Below the pieces are notes generated by a model that saw only the letters and a list, made by a program, of their open reading frames with translations, was not told the DNA's origin and did no database searches. Positions 47,522 through 59,672 of a stretch of 64,000 nucleotides of DNA are shown in pieces. This stretch comes from Rebecca billardiae RCC1528. Taxonomy: Eukaryota; Protista; Haptophyta. How positions within the stretch are numbered: position 1 is the first letter of the stretch; each line of letters starts with the position of its first letter. Made by a program: the position numbers and the translations under genes. The stretch covers positions 1,116,001 through 1,180,000 of the forward strand of contig OZ251224.1 of the NCBI GenBank assembly GCA_965240325.2, given 5' to 3'.

Positions 47522-48733
47522 TCAAATCGGACGTGACGTCCGTCTGACAACTAGCTGCCAAATGTCCAACTGGCTGATCAGCTCGGATCCGACCCGCGTC
47601 CGCCGATCGTGCCGAGTGAGTCGTGCCGCGGAGCTCGGAGTATTGAAGGAGTCGGGTGTGACAGCAGGGTGCTTAGCGCTGCGGCCCGTGCCAGCCAACG
47701 CGACTAGACGTACTCTGGCCACTTGACCCGTTGCACGGGTGAGTGACCGTACGCCACTCGGGCTCAGCTGGCAGGCCTCGATGTCGACGAGCGGATTGGA
47801 GCTGTACCGAGCCACCAGCGCGGCCCCCACGTCGTCGAAGTCATGGCCGACTGAGATCGTCGGCACGCGCTGCTGCTGCGAGATTGTCGGCGTCGGCACG
47901 CGCTGCTGCTGCGAGGGCTGCTCGCTCGCCAACTGACCGAGGCACTCGAGCAAGCCAAGGTACGAGCACGCCTCGTCGCAGCCAGCCAGGGCCTCCATGA
48001 TTTTGTACAGCACCTCGCACGCGTCCTGCTGCTGCTGCACAAACGCCGTTGTCCACCGACAGACCTCCGCGATCGCGTCGTGGAGCGGCTCGAGCAAGCT
48101 ACGCGTCGGCCCCACCTCGCTGGGCCACTCGCAGTTGACATGCGCGAGCGTCAGCGAGCGCATGCTGGACACGATGGGGTTGGTGCACTGCTCCGCCGCG
48201 GCAGATGTGGCGAGCGAGACGATGGAAGGGCACGCGAGCAGCGCGGCCAGCAGCGAGCCGAGGTAGCACGTGACGCCTAGGTTGAGCGTGCCCAGCAAGC
48301 TGAGCGAGCCGGCCGGGCGCCCCCGCTGTGGTTGTGCTTGCTCTGCAGCGGGCATTTCCCCGTCGAGCGCGGCGAGTGCCTCGAAGCGGCTGCCAGCTGT
48401 TGGGCCGGGTGAGGACGAGGGAGGGAGCTGGCCTGCGGGGCGCGTGGTGAAGTCGGTGACCAACCGCGCAGCGCCACCGCTGCCGAGTGCGCCCTCCGCC
48501 GCCAGCACCTCGCGGACCTGGCCAAGGAGCTTCTTGATCGCTTTTGTTGACACGCCGTACTCGCTCGCGGCGCCGGGGATGGTCTGCTTGTGCCTGGCGA
48601 CGGAGATGGGGGCAGCGGTGCTCTGGAACGTGGTGTTGTTCACCCGCGTCACCGTCCTCGAGTCGAGCAGCGCGTTCAATACGCGGCGAACGTAGTCCTG
48701 GTCGGCGTCGCCGGTCGAGGTGCTGCTTGCCAT
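47522..48733 (-). pseudogene. Truncated ubiquitin-specific protease (peptidase C19)-like ORF
   Basis: Cys box GTLNLGVTCYLGSLLAALLACP and QQQQDACEVL are present. No His box recognised. Confidence 0.7.
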
Positions 48734-48803
48734 CGCCCCCCACGTGCGATCGGGCCCACCTCTGTTGTTTTGCGTGTGACGGGGCCGCGACGACTCGACG
48801 CGA

Positions 48804-49370
48804 GCATCTTCAATAGTCTATGATCATCATCAGGGTTACTACGTGAAGCGGTAGAATAGAATTTAATTTACGAGCATTGATACGACGCGGTCCAACGTGA
48901 AGCGGTTTTTTTAAGATACGACGCGGTCTAATGACCCATTGTTCATACATGTACACGAATGGGTCGTCATAAACGGCGGGCTCATTTATGACCAGACCGG
49001 GCCCTGGGTGATTGATCAGAACCCGCCACTAAGCGGCAGTCCAGCACACAAGTAATGCTGTGCCGGCTGGCTATCTAGATACGTCGGCATCTTCAATAGT
49101 CTATATGATCATCATCAGGGTTACTACGTGAAGCGGTAGAATAGAATTTAATTTACGAGCATTGATACGACGCGGTCCAACGTGAAGCGGTTTTTAAAGA
49201 TACGACGCTGTCTAATGACCCATTGTTCATACATGTACATGAATGGGTCGTCATAAACGGCGGGCTCATTTATGACCAGACCGGGCCCTGGGTGATTGAT
49301 CAGAACCCGCCACTAAGCGGCAGTCCAGCACACAAGTAATGCTGTGCCGGCTGGCTATCTAGATACGTCG
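48804..49370 (+). repeat. 283-bp near-perfect tandem duplication with multiple hairpins
   Basis: Units start GCATCTTCAATAGTCTAT at 48804 and 49087. Confidence 0.95.
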
Positions 49371-50008
49371 TCGTCGCTCCTTGACCTTGCGGCAATCTCA
49401 TTGGCTGGGAAAAATCGCTTGTAACGGTTCGTTACGTTAGGGGTCCTAAAGGGCGTGAAGTTTTTTGGACGGGCGTCACTCCCGCTTTGCTTATCTGAAG
49501 TCGTGGGCGCGTCCTTTTGTCGCCGAATGGATACCTCTGTGCGGTCTCAAAATTCGAAACTCGGTCTCTTCCAGCCTTGAAAATCGTCCCCCGTCCCTTT
49601 TTTCTTGATCAAAGATGTTTTATTTGAAACGTGGTTAGGGCCCACGGAGCGGGCGCTCCACGCTGCGCGCTCCGCCCTGCACGGCTGCACCGCGGGCCAT
49701 AAACCGTATATAACCGTTTATTCACGCGCGCCTGCTATATATATATATATATCCGAATAATATATATGTATGTTACTTTATCGTCAGCAGATATAACTAC
49801 GACATGCACTGATGCCGTGACGATGAGCAGATGATGATGACGACGAAGCAGCGCAGTATTGACATAGAGAGGGAGAAAGAGAGAGAAAGAGAGACGATAT
49901 ATGCTACTACTATTGAAGTTGATGATGATGAAGACGCGCGCGAGCCGATGATGAGCATCAGGCCAACCGGTCACGGGTCAACGGTCGTCGTCAGCGGACG
50001 AGCGGTCG

Positions 50009-53000
50009 TCAGGCCGGCGCACTCGCGGCTGACGCGTCAGGCTCGCGTCCCGAACCGGCCGCCGAGCCTTGTGCCTCGCGCTCCTTGTATCGCCGCTTCT
50101 GGATGCGGCGGTATTCGTTGTCCGCCTCCTTCGCCGCGAGCCGCTCGAGCTGGCGGTCGATGGTCCGGAGGTCCGTGTCCGCCATGTCGGGCGCGTGCCG
50201 CACGGCCCACGCCTGCTGCACCTCGCGCAGCGCGCCAGGGGTGCCGTCCGGCCCGGGCGGCTGGAGCGTGTACGGGGCCGAGCTGCTATCCACCTCGTAC
50301 TCGACGCGCTGGCCCGGGCGCATCGCCACCCAGTCGTCCACCGCCCACTGCACGCACACCAGCAGCGGGCCGCGGTCGTCGGGTGTGATGAACACATGGC
50401 CGGCGCCGACGTCCACCCACGCCACCACGCCCGAGCGCGCCTTGGGCGGCCCGGCTGCCTCCTCCTCCTCCTCGCTGCTCTCCTCCTCGGGGATGCCGTC
50501 GGCTGCGGGCGCGTTGGGCACCAGGCCGCGGAACGTCTTCTCCACCAGTTTCTGCTCGCGCGCGCGGGACGTCCGTCGCGCGGGCAGCACGCTCGCGGGG
50601 CGTGGTGAGTGATGAGCGGAAGGCGCGCCGCGCGTCCGCTGCCGCCGCGCGTGCCGCCGCGCGTGCCGCCGCGCGTGCCGCCGCGCGTGCCGCCGCGTGT
50701 GCGGGCCGCGCGCGCACGTTCTGCCGCTTGAGCTCGGTGCGCAGGAAGTCTCGGAGCATGGCGGACGCGCGGTTCATCTTGCCAAAGATCTCCTCCTCCT
50801 CCTGCTCGCGCGCCAGCTGCTCCGGGTCGAGCTCGGGCGCCGCCTCGGGCGCGGCCGCGGGCGGCGCGGCCATCGCGGCCTCAAGCTCACGCAGCGCGAT
50901 CGCCCTCGTTGTGTTCTCGTCGTCGTCGTCGTCGTCCTCCTCGCCCTGCTGCGGCTCGCGCAGAGGGCCGACGGTGCGGTGCGGCCGGTCGCCGCGCGTC
51001 GCACCCTTGGTCGGGCTCGCCTGCAGCTCGGCCGCGGCGAGGCTGTTCGCCTGCACGATCAGCGGCGCGAGCAGGGAGCCGTACAGCGTGCCCGCGTCCT
51101 CCTCCCCATCCGGCGCGGGCGCGCGCGCGTGCTCCGCGCCGCCGGCGCTCGCGAGGTCGAGCACCAGCTGGCGGCGCAGCACGCCGAGCTGGCCAGTCTG
51201 CAGCTCCTCCGCGCGCGTGCGCGCGCTCTCCACCGCCGCGCGCGCGCTGGGCGGGCCGCGCTGCATCATGCTCAGCTTGTTGCGGCTCTTGCGCTGCGCC
51301 TTGGCGCTCATGCTCACCATCTCCTGCTCCAGCCTCTGCAGCCGAATGGCGGAGCGCGGCTGCGCGAGCCCGAGCCGATGCTCGGTGCCCTCGCGCTCGT
51401 TGCGGCCTGCGCGCGCGGGCGGCGCGGGGCGGGCTCAGCGCACGCCCTGCGCGCGCGACGTGCGCGAGAAGAGCGGCCGATACCGCAACGCGCGCGCGCG
51501 GCCGCACCTGGCTGGCTCAGCCCGAACTCGCCGCGCAGCATGTGTGCGTGGTACTCCCGCACAGGGGCGGGCGCGCCGTGCGCCGGCTGCGCGCCCGGCT
51601 GCAGGATGAAGCGCTGCTCGAGCCGCTGGCGCGCGGACTCCGTGAGCTCGGCGGATTCGGGCGCGGCCGCGGGCGCGTGCGGCAGGCGCTTCAACCCCAT
51701 CTTGGCCTTGGAGCGGCGCTTTCGGTGCTCGCGCCTCGGCTGCTGCAGCAGCTGCGAGCCCCCTGCCGAGCTCGCGAGGCTGGGCCCGCGGCGGTTGGCG
51801 GGGGCGGGCGAGGCGGAGGGCGAGGCGGAGGGCCTGCCGCTCGACGACGGCGGCCTGCCGCTCGACGAGGCGGAGGGGCGACGATCCCCGGCGCCCGCTG
51901 GAGCGGCCGCGACCGAGACCCCCGCGGGGGCGGCTGCGAGCGAGCCGGCCGCGAGGGCGTGGGCGCCGACGCTCGCGGAGCGGCGGGGCAACGGCGGCGC
52001 GTCGTGCGCAGAGCCCGGGCGCGCGACGAGGTAGGAGAAGCCGCGCACGAGAGACGGCCGGCCGCTCGGCTCGTCGGAGCCCTCGGGCGACGGGGCTGAC
52101 GGGCCAGCGGAGAGCAAAAGCCGCACGCGCACGCGCACCTCGCCCTCGGCCGCCGGCGCGGCAGCCGGCGCGGCAGCCGGCGCGGCGGCGGCTGCGGGCG
52201 AGACCAAGCCGTCAGCGGCCAGCGGGGGCGCCGCCGGCGCCGCGCGGACTGCCGGCGCCGACGCCGGAGGCATGTCGCCATGCGCGGCTGCAGGCGGTGG
52301 CGCAGTACCGTCGACGGCCGCCACCGCCGGCGGGGCCCCGCCGTCCGCTGCCGCGGCTGCCGGCACGGCGCCGTCCGCTCCCTTGGCTGCGGGCGGCGCT
52401 GCGCCCTCCGCCCCCGCTGCCGGTGCGGCGACACGCCCTCCTGCCGTCACAGCTGCCGGGGCTGCCATCACAGCTGCTGGGGCTGCCGTCACAGCTGCCG
52501 GGGCGGCGGCGGCCGCGGCTGCGACTGGCGGCGGCGCCGCGCCGTCCACTGCCACCGCCGCAGACGGTGCGCCGTCCGCAGGGGCTGCCGCAGGTGGCAG
52601 GGCGCCATCTCCCGCCACAGCCGCCGGCGCGAGCGCGCCCGTGGCGGGCGGCTCGGCCGAGGCGGGCGGCGGCGCGGCGGCAGGCAGCGCGCCTGCCGAG
52701 CCGGTCGCGCCGCGCACGCGCACGAGGGCGAGCTCGAGCCTGACGGGCCGAGTGGCCGACGCCTCGCCGACCCTCGCGTCGATCGAGAGCGGCGTCTGCG
52801 CGGCCGCCGACGGCGCGCCGGCTGGCTCCACCGCCGGGCGCAGCCTGCTCCCAGCCTGCGGCGTCTGCAGCCGACTCCCGTCGGGCGCCGCGAGCCGATT
52901 GCCCGCCTGGGGCGTGCGCGCGCGGCTGCCGGCGTGCGGCGAGCCGAGCCTGCTGCCCGGCGTCGGCGAGCTCATGTGCGACTCCGCGTCCATGTCGTCC

Positions 53001-55021
53001 TCCGACCACGCGGACTCGCTGCACGCGCTCGCCTCGCTCCGCAGCGTGCCCGGGGGCGGCCGCGGGCCGAGCCCGGCCCAGCCGTAGCCAGAGTCGTCGG
53101 AGTCGGAGGAGTCGCCCGCGGCCTCGCGCTCGATGCGCACGCGCGCGCGCGAGCTGGTGGGCAGCTGCATCGCCAGGTCGACCAGCAGCTCGTGCCGGTT
53201 CCACTCGCGCACGCTCGCCTTTGGCGCGATCGGGTTGCCTTCCGACACGAGCGTGCCGCGCGAGAGCTGCGCGGGCCACGCGCCAAGCGCGACCGCCGCG
53301 CCCGCCGCTCGCGCCGAGGACGCGGCATCGGCGGCTGAGACGCGGCGCGTGAGCCCCGCGCGCCGCGCCGCCGCGCCGGTCGCCGTCGACGGCCCCCGGT
53401 GCGCGTAGCGCGTCGCGTGCTCGATGCGCGCGCGCGACGCGCTCATCGGCGCCGCGCGCCCCAGCCGCTCCGCGGGCGCGGACGGCGAGCGCAGGCCGAG
53501 CGCGGTGCGCGCGACGGGCCGCACGTCTGAGCCGGGGCGCAGCCGGGCGCCCTGCCCGAGCGGGAGCATGGGCAGCCGGAGGAAGTCCGCGCGGGCCTCC
53601 TCCTCGCGCAGCCGCGCCTCGTCCTCCGCCGTGAACGGCGTGCGCCGCCCGAGCGCGCCGAGCTGCGTGGGCGTGCCGAAGAAGGACGAGCGCGCGCTCA
53701 TCTCCGAGTCGAGCGCGAGCTCGGCCGCGGGCGCGCCGTCGCGCCAGTCGCGCTCCTTCGGCTTGGGCTTGGGCTTGGCGGCCCAGCCGCTGCCGCCGTC
53801 GATGATCAGCGCGTCGAGGAAGATCTGCTTCATCTGCTGCACCCACTGCGCCTCGAACCGCCGGCGCGCCCGGTCCTTGAGCAGCGCGCCGCGCACGATC
53901 CGCCGCTCCTCCGCGTGCTGCAGCAGCGTGAGCAGCATCGGACGGCCCGCGTGCCGCAGCAGTTGCTCGGTGGGCACAAAGAGGAGGCGCGCGGCGCCCT
54001 GCGCCTCGACCGACGCCGTGCTTGTCGGCTCGGGCAGCTCCTTCTTGAACCGCTTCTTCCTGCTCGCCGCGCGCCGCGCCTCCGCCACCAGCGGCAGGAA
54101 GACGTCGATCACCGAGATCACCTGCGCGGGGCCGACATACGCCAGCCGGAACGACTCGAGGGGCAGGTCGGCGTTCTGCCCGCTCAGGGCGGGCTGCAGC
54201 GGCTGCGCGTCGGTGAGCGGCACGACGCGGTCGGACTGCTTCTTCTCCGCCTCCGCCGGGTCCGCCTCGAGCGTCATCGTCGCGCTCAGCGTGCCCTGCA
54301 TCACGACGGTCACGCCGTTGCACCGCTCGCCCTGCCAGATCACCGTCTCGCCCGAGCGCGCGCGCCGCGTGCGCGAGCCCATGACGAGCGGCTTGAGGTG
54401 CGGGCACGCGTCGAAGAGCGGCACCGTCGTGAGGAACGCGTGGTTGTCGTGCAGCATGCCCATGTACCGCAGCTTGAACACGCCCGCAAAGTCGAGCGCG
54501 TTCGGGATGGAGAAGAGCTCGAGGTCCTCGATCGCCTTCACGCCCGCGGTCAGCGGGTGCAGCCAGAGCATCGACACGTCGGCGATCACGGCGCCCGGCC
54601 CGAGCACGCCCATGTGCGGCATCTCCATCACCTGGAACCCTTCCCTGTTCGTGTACACCTGCGGCTTCTGGTAGATGGCGGCAAAGCCGTTGAGGATGAT
54701 GTAGTACGCCGTGCCGAGGTCGCGCAGGTTGGCCACGAGCCACTCGCCAGCCGGGACGCGGTGCGGCCGCGCGACGGTGCAGAGATTGCGGTGCATCTCG
54801 GGCCAGTCCTTCGGCGCGCGGGTGCGCACCTCGGCGAATGCACCGAGGGACGCGGTCGCCTTCATGAGCAGCGCCGTGTCGTGCTCGGTGTGGCGCGCGG
54901 CAAGCTGGTTGCCGATGCGCTCGATCACGTGCATCCCGACCTGGAACGCGTGCCCGCCGCCCTTCTGCGGGACGACCGACACCCGCCAGTCGTTCGCCCG
55001 CCTGTTGCTATTCCAGGACAT
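50009..55021 (-). CDS. Cyclic-nucleotide-binding domain protein with a long low-complexity middle and a C-terminal cold-shock-like OB fold, 3 exons
   Basis: Two cNMP-like folds (GEWLV..YYIILNG..LGPGAVI; FLTTVPLF..SGETVIWQGE..VVMQG). Introns 51407-51507 and 50552-50717 join three ORFs in frame. Confidence 0.75.
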
Positions 55022-55233
55022 CCTACTCGGACCTCGTGCAGCCCCTCGCCCTGGGCTCGGAAGCGGGGCACCGCGTCACAGGCCCCTAAGCCACCGGTCG
55101 CCGAGCGATGTCGAAGGCCACCATCGCCTCGCTTGGTGATCACACTGCAGCTGGGCCGAAGTGTAACGTTTCTGGCTGCGCGGCACCCGTCCGGGCGGCC
55201 GGAGGGCGGCAATCCGCGAATTCGAATTTGACG

Positions 55234-56994
55234 ATGCCTGCTCAACAACGTCCGCAAGCGTACTCGCGGCGACGTCTGCGCGCGCCGCCCGGCGCCGAGT
55301 GGCCGCACTTCGCGCCGCCGCGCGAATGCTTGCGCCTCGTGTGGGCATCCGTGCCCTCTCAGCGGCACGTGCTGTCGGAGCGCCACAATCTACCCGCTCG
55401 AGACCAAACCCAAGGGACGCCGCCGAAGCGGACACCGCCACAGCATCGTCCAGATGTGCAATGGACGGCAGCCTCGGGTTGGGCCGCGAGTGTTTCGCCC
55501 CCGCGACACTCAACCTCGCCACGACACTCACCCTCGCCACGACGCACATCCTCGAGCCCAGCCGCTCGCTCTCCAGCTGCGCCACCGACGGCGCGGACGG
55601 CAACAGGCCGGGCGGGGCAGCCCTCGGCAGGAGCGACCGCCGCGGCTGCGAGCCCAGATCCACGCTCCGGGGCGGTAGGCCCTACGGCGATGACGCCGAC
55701 AGGGCGTGTACAGCCTGCACCAGGCGTGAGACAGGCAGCCGCCGACACGACGTCCGCTGCCACCGTCACGGCCGTGAGCTCGACCACTTCCTCCGCCGCT
55801 GCGCATGTTGCGCACCCGACGGCGCTGACGGCAGCAGCTGCCGGAGGGAGTCCAACCGCTCGCGTCGCGGCTACTGGCCAAGAATCAGCGGCTCCCGGGG
55901 CGCCTCCCGGCAGCGTGGCATCGGATCTCGCACCCACTGCTGCTCCCACGACCGCTCCAGCCGCCACGACACCGGACGCGCGCACTCCTGCGTCGGTCGC
56001 CACCGCCGCCGGGCTTGATGCCGTCCAGACCGCTCCGGACGTCGGAGGCGACGGCGCGGACGCAACGGCCTCCGCCGTCTTGGTCGCTGACTCCGCGACT
56101 GCCGCGGCTGCCCTCGAGCCCGCCAGCCATGCCGAGGGCGTTGCCGCGGCTCGCACCCCGCCGCATGCCGATGCGCTCCGGTTGAGAACGCCGCACGTTG
56201 CCGACGCTGCGTGCGGCAGCAGTCCGTCCGCGGCCGACGCGGGCACGCTGGCCGAGCAGGTGCAGCGCGCGATGGGCGCGTCAGCGGGCGTGCAGGTGGG
56301 CTCGCCAGCGGCGCGGCGTGAGCCGGCGCTGCTCGCTGCGCCCGCGACCACCATCGACGCCCGCGAGCAGCACTTGCAGCGCGAGCGTGTCGCGCAGATG
56401 GTGGGCGGCGCTGTACTGCTCAAGTACCAGCGGGGCGAGGGCATGCTGCGCGCCGCGGGACGGCTCTCGCTCCGCCCGGGGGAGAAGCGCCGAGAGCAGC
56501 GGCTCGTCACGCTCTCGGCGGACCTGAGCGAGCTGCGGTGGGCAAAGCCGAGCGCGAGCGCCGCTGGGGGCAGCGGCGCGGGCGCGAGCAAGCTCCGCCT
56601 CGCAGATGTGCGCGCGGTGCGGTACGGCCACACTGCCGACCTCTTTGCGGCGATGGCAGTCGTGCCGGATGCGGCGGAGCTGTGCTTTGGCGTCGAGACG
56701 GCCAAGCGGACGTACTGCTTCGCCGTGCGCACTGCGTCGCAGGCGGAGACCTGGGTGGTCGGCCTGTCTGCCCTGTGCGGCCTCGAGCCGCTGGGGCGGC
56801 GCGGGCGCTTCCTGTGGAGCCAGCTGCAGCTGCGCGCGCGGCACGAGGCGCAGCACGCGCACAGCTTCGCGGCGCTGCTGCCTCGCATCGCAAACGAGCT
56901 GGATGAGGAGCGGCACTCTGCGCTCACGCGTGGGGGCGAGTCCACCCGAGCCTCGACGCGTGCGCCCAGCGTGAGCGACTTTAGCCTCGACTGA
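55234..56994 (+). CDS. PH-domain protein (PLC-type PH) with a disordered N-terminus
   Basis: GAVLLKY..QRLVTLSADLSELRW..LADVRAVRYGHT..F..CFGV..RTYCF..AETWVVGLSAL. Confidence 0.82.
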   Translation: MPAQQRPQAYSRRRLRAPPGAEWPHFAPPRECLRLVWASVPSQRHVLSERHNLPARDQTQGTPPKRTPPQHRPDVQWTAASGWAASVSPPRHSTSPRHSPSPRRTSSSPAARSPAAPPTARTATGRAGQPSAGATAAAASPDPRSGAVGPTAMTPTGRVQPAPGVRQAAADTTSAATVTAVSSTTSSAAAHVAHPTALTAAAAGGSPTARVAATGQESAAPGAPPGSVASDLAPTAAPTTAPAATTPDARTPASVATAAGLDAVQTAPDVGGDGADATASAVLVADSATAAAALEPASHAEGVAAARTPPHADALRLRTPHVADAACGSSPSAADAGTLAEQVQRAMGASAGVQVGSPAARREPALLAAPATTIDAREQHLQRERVAQMVGGAVLLKYQRGEGMLRAAGRLSLRPGEKRREQRLVTLSADLSELRWAKPSASAAGGSGAGASKLRLADVRAVRYGHTADLFAAMAVVPDAAELCFGVETAKRTYCFAVRTASQAETWVVGLSALCGLEPLGRRGRFLWSQLQLRARHEAQHAHSFAALLPRIANELDEERHSALTRGGESTRASTRAPSVSDFSLD

Positions 56995-57431
56995 GCCGTT
57001 ATTATGTCGTAGTATTCATGACGATTCACATTGTCACTCCGCCGACTCGGAGTCGGACTCGTCAATGAATCATCAATGTAATTGATAATGTAAATATGTT
57101 GACATTGTCAGTCGTCGACTCATCGTGGACTAGCAGCTAGTCCTCCACTCTCCATGATGATTGATGGGGGGCATGGGCCAGTCCGCAGTCGCGCGGGTAA
57201 GACTCAGACTGAGCTGACGACTGTGGACTGGACTAAGCTGTAAGCGCAGTCGTAGATAGTATACGGCAGCGGTCGATTCAGATCGGTCCGTCCGTCCGCC
57301 GTCGGCGCGCCGCCGGCGCAGCTTGGCAACGATCAGGACTTCAGTCCGGCGATGCGATCATCGAGCAGCAGCAACGAACTACTACCACGATGACACTCTT
57401 GTCGGGATTCGGCCACGCGTGCCGTCGCGGC

Positions 57432-59521
57432 TCAACCTGAAGGTGCAGGTGGCACGAGGTTATGCGCTGGCAGCTCGTGGCTGCCGACCGGCATCGGGCC
57501 GTGCGCGTGCAGCCTGTGTGCGTGTTGCAGCCCCCGTCGGCCGCCAGGTGCCATGTGCATGAGCACGACCATGACCCAGAGGTGCAGCAGCAGCACGTAG
57601 CACGCGAAGAAGAGCCGGACGTACGGATGGTGCGACAGGAAGCGGGTTGTCTGGATGCTGCCGCGGTCAATGATGGCGGCCGCCTCGTCAACCACCGTCA
57701 TCACCTTGGCCACGTTCGGCCTGTGCGCCCAGCGGCGCGTGAGCTGCATCTTGGCGGGCGAGTAGGAGCCCACCTCGTCTGCGCGCGGTGCGCCGGGGCG
57801 GCGCGAGGTGCACGAGCGCGCGTGGGCGCGCGCGGGCGATGTGCGCCGCGCGCCTGTCGAGGCCAGCCGCAGCCCGGGCGCCGGCACGCGCGCGCACCGG
57901 CTGCCTCCAAGTCGTAACTGCTGCCGGCGCGCGCCTTGCGCTGATAGCGCTCCGTCGGCGGCTGCTCCGCCATTCGCCTCCGCTGCGCGCGACGGCGCCA
58001 TCGCGCAGGGCCGCGGCGCGCTGCGTGAGCCGCGCCGCGCGCACCGTCGCGCACGCGGCGCACCGCCCGGCGGCGCGCGCGCAGAGGCGCAGGCGCACGT
58101 TTGTCTCCGCCTCGAGCTCGAGCCTGAGCGCGGCGCACTCGGAGCGCAGCTGCTGCACGAGCGTGCTCTGGCTGCTGAGCTCGGCGGCGGTGCGCTCGAG
58201 CTGCGCGCGCAGCTCGCGCTCGCGCTCTGCGCTGGCGGGCTCGCCCGCGCCGCCGCTGCCGGGCTCGCTGTCCGCATCGCGCCGCTGCTGCTGCTCTGCG
58301 CGCGCCGCCTCGAGCTCAGCGCTGAGCGCGCGCACCTGCTCATCGCGCGCGCCCAGCTCGGCGCGCGTCGAGTCGAGCTGCGCGGCGAGCGCGGCGGGAT
58401 CCGGGGCGGATCGAGACGCGGGCGGCATCGAGTCTGCCGCCTCGAGCGCGGCGCGCAGCTCCTTCGCGCTCGCCTCCGCCGCCTCGCGCGCCGCGTTGGC
58501 GCGCGAGGCCTCGGTGAGCGCGCCCGCGAGCTGCGCGGACAGCCTGCTCGCCTCCGCGCCCTTTGCCTCCGCGCTGCGCACGCTCTGGGAGAGCGCCTCG
58601 GAGAGCTCGGCGACGCGCGAGTCGAGCGCGGCCTCGCGCGCGCCGAACTGCCGCTCCCGCTCCGCGCGCGCCGCCTGCAGCGCCGCGAGCTCGCGCTCGG
58701 TCGCGTCCGCCTCGTCCCGCAGCGCGCTGAGGGCGCTCGTGTGCTGGCCGATGGTCTGCCGGAGACGCTCCACCTCCGCGCCAGCGGCCGCGGCGCTCGC
58801 CGCGTGCTCGGCGACGCGCGACTCGAGCGCCTTGACCTCCTCCCCCTGCACGCGCCGCTGGTTATCGTCGCGCCCGGCCTGCTCGCGCACGCTGGCGACG
58901 TGCGCCTCGAGCTCGGCGATCTGCGCCAGCAGCTGCTCCTCGCGGTCGGCGCGCGCGTTGGCCGCGTCGTCGAGCGCGCGCTCGAGGTCGCGCACCTGCA
59001 GGGCGAGGGCCTGCCGGGACATGCCCTCGCGCTGAAGGCGCGCCTGCATCGCCTTGCCGTGCTGCAGCACCACCTGCAGGTCGCGCATCAGCAGCGCCAG
59101 CTGCTCCTGCCGCTGCCCGGGCCCAGTGTCCTCTCCCTGCTCGCCCGCGTGGGCGCGCGGGAGGGAGGTCGCCGGTGTCGCTGACGCCGTCGACCGATCG
59201 CCAGGTCGGATCGGAGTCTTCAAGTACGCACTACCCTCGCCCTCTTCACCCGCCGCGGCGGGGGCCTGCATCGCTGCCATCAGGCTGCCGCCTGTTGGGC
59301 GGGGGTGGGCGGTCGCAAGCGATGAGCCTCATCGTATCGCGTATCGCGTATCGTGCGCGTGGGGGTGGGGCAGGGCGCTGGGCGCCAGTGCGCGCACCGA
59401 GCAGAGAGCTGGCATCGTGGCCTTGCGTGCGCGACTCACTGATCTTCACGCTCGCCCTCTCATCCAGGCTCTCGAGCAGCTTGCTCGTGCGCTGCTCGAG
59501 TTGGCGAACGAGACCCGCCAT
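57432..59521 (-). CDS. Golgin-84 (GOLGA5)-like tail-anchored coiled-coil protein, multi-exon
   Basis: N-terminal LLESLDERA, long coiled coil, C-terminal ID..S....RFL...P.VRLFFACYVLLLHLWVMVVL. First intron 59292-59439; the 3' introns were not mapped exactly. Confidence 0.82.
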
Positions 59522-59672
59522 CTTACCGTGCCGGGCTTGGACGGCCGCCGCGGCGCTCGCTCGCCTTCTTTTCCACCGTTCCATTCCTTTGGTTCCACCT
59601 TTGTTATTTCCCTGGCAGGGTTGATTTCTGCCGGTCGGCTTTGCTGCTCGGGAACCCGCCCTCGGAGCCACC

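Larger units (their letters stand above)
47251..49699 (-). mobile_element. Helentron/Helitron2-like non-autonomous element B
   Basis: Same left hairpin end and ~110-bp right end as element A. Subterminal GGCCCGCGGTGGCCGTGCA (47312-47330) is inverted to the right terminus. TAA on both sides. Confidence 0.72.

Noticed and set aside
48804-48840. Hammerhead ribozyme (CTGATGA on the minus strand)
   Set aside because: No properly placed GAAA core or stem II.
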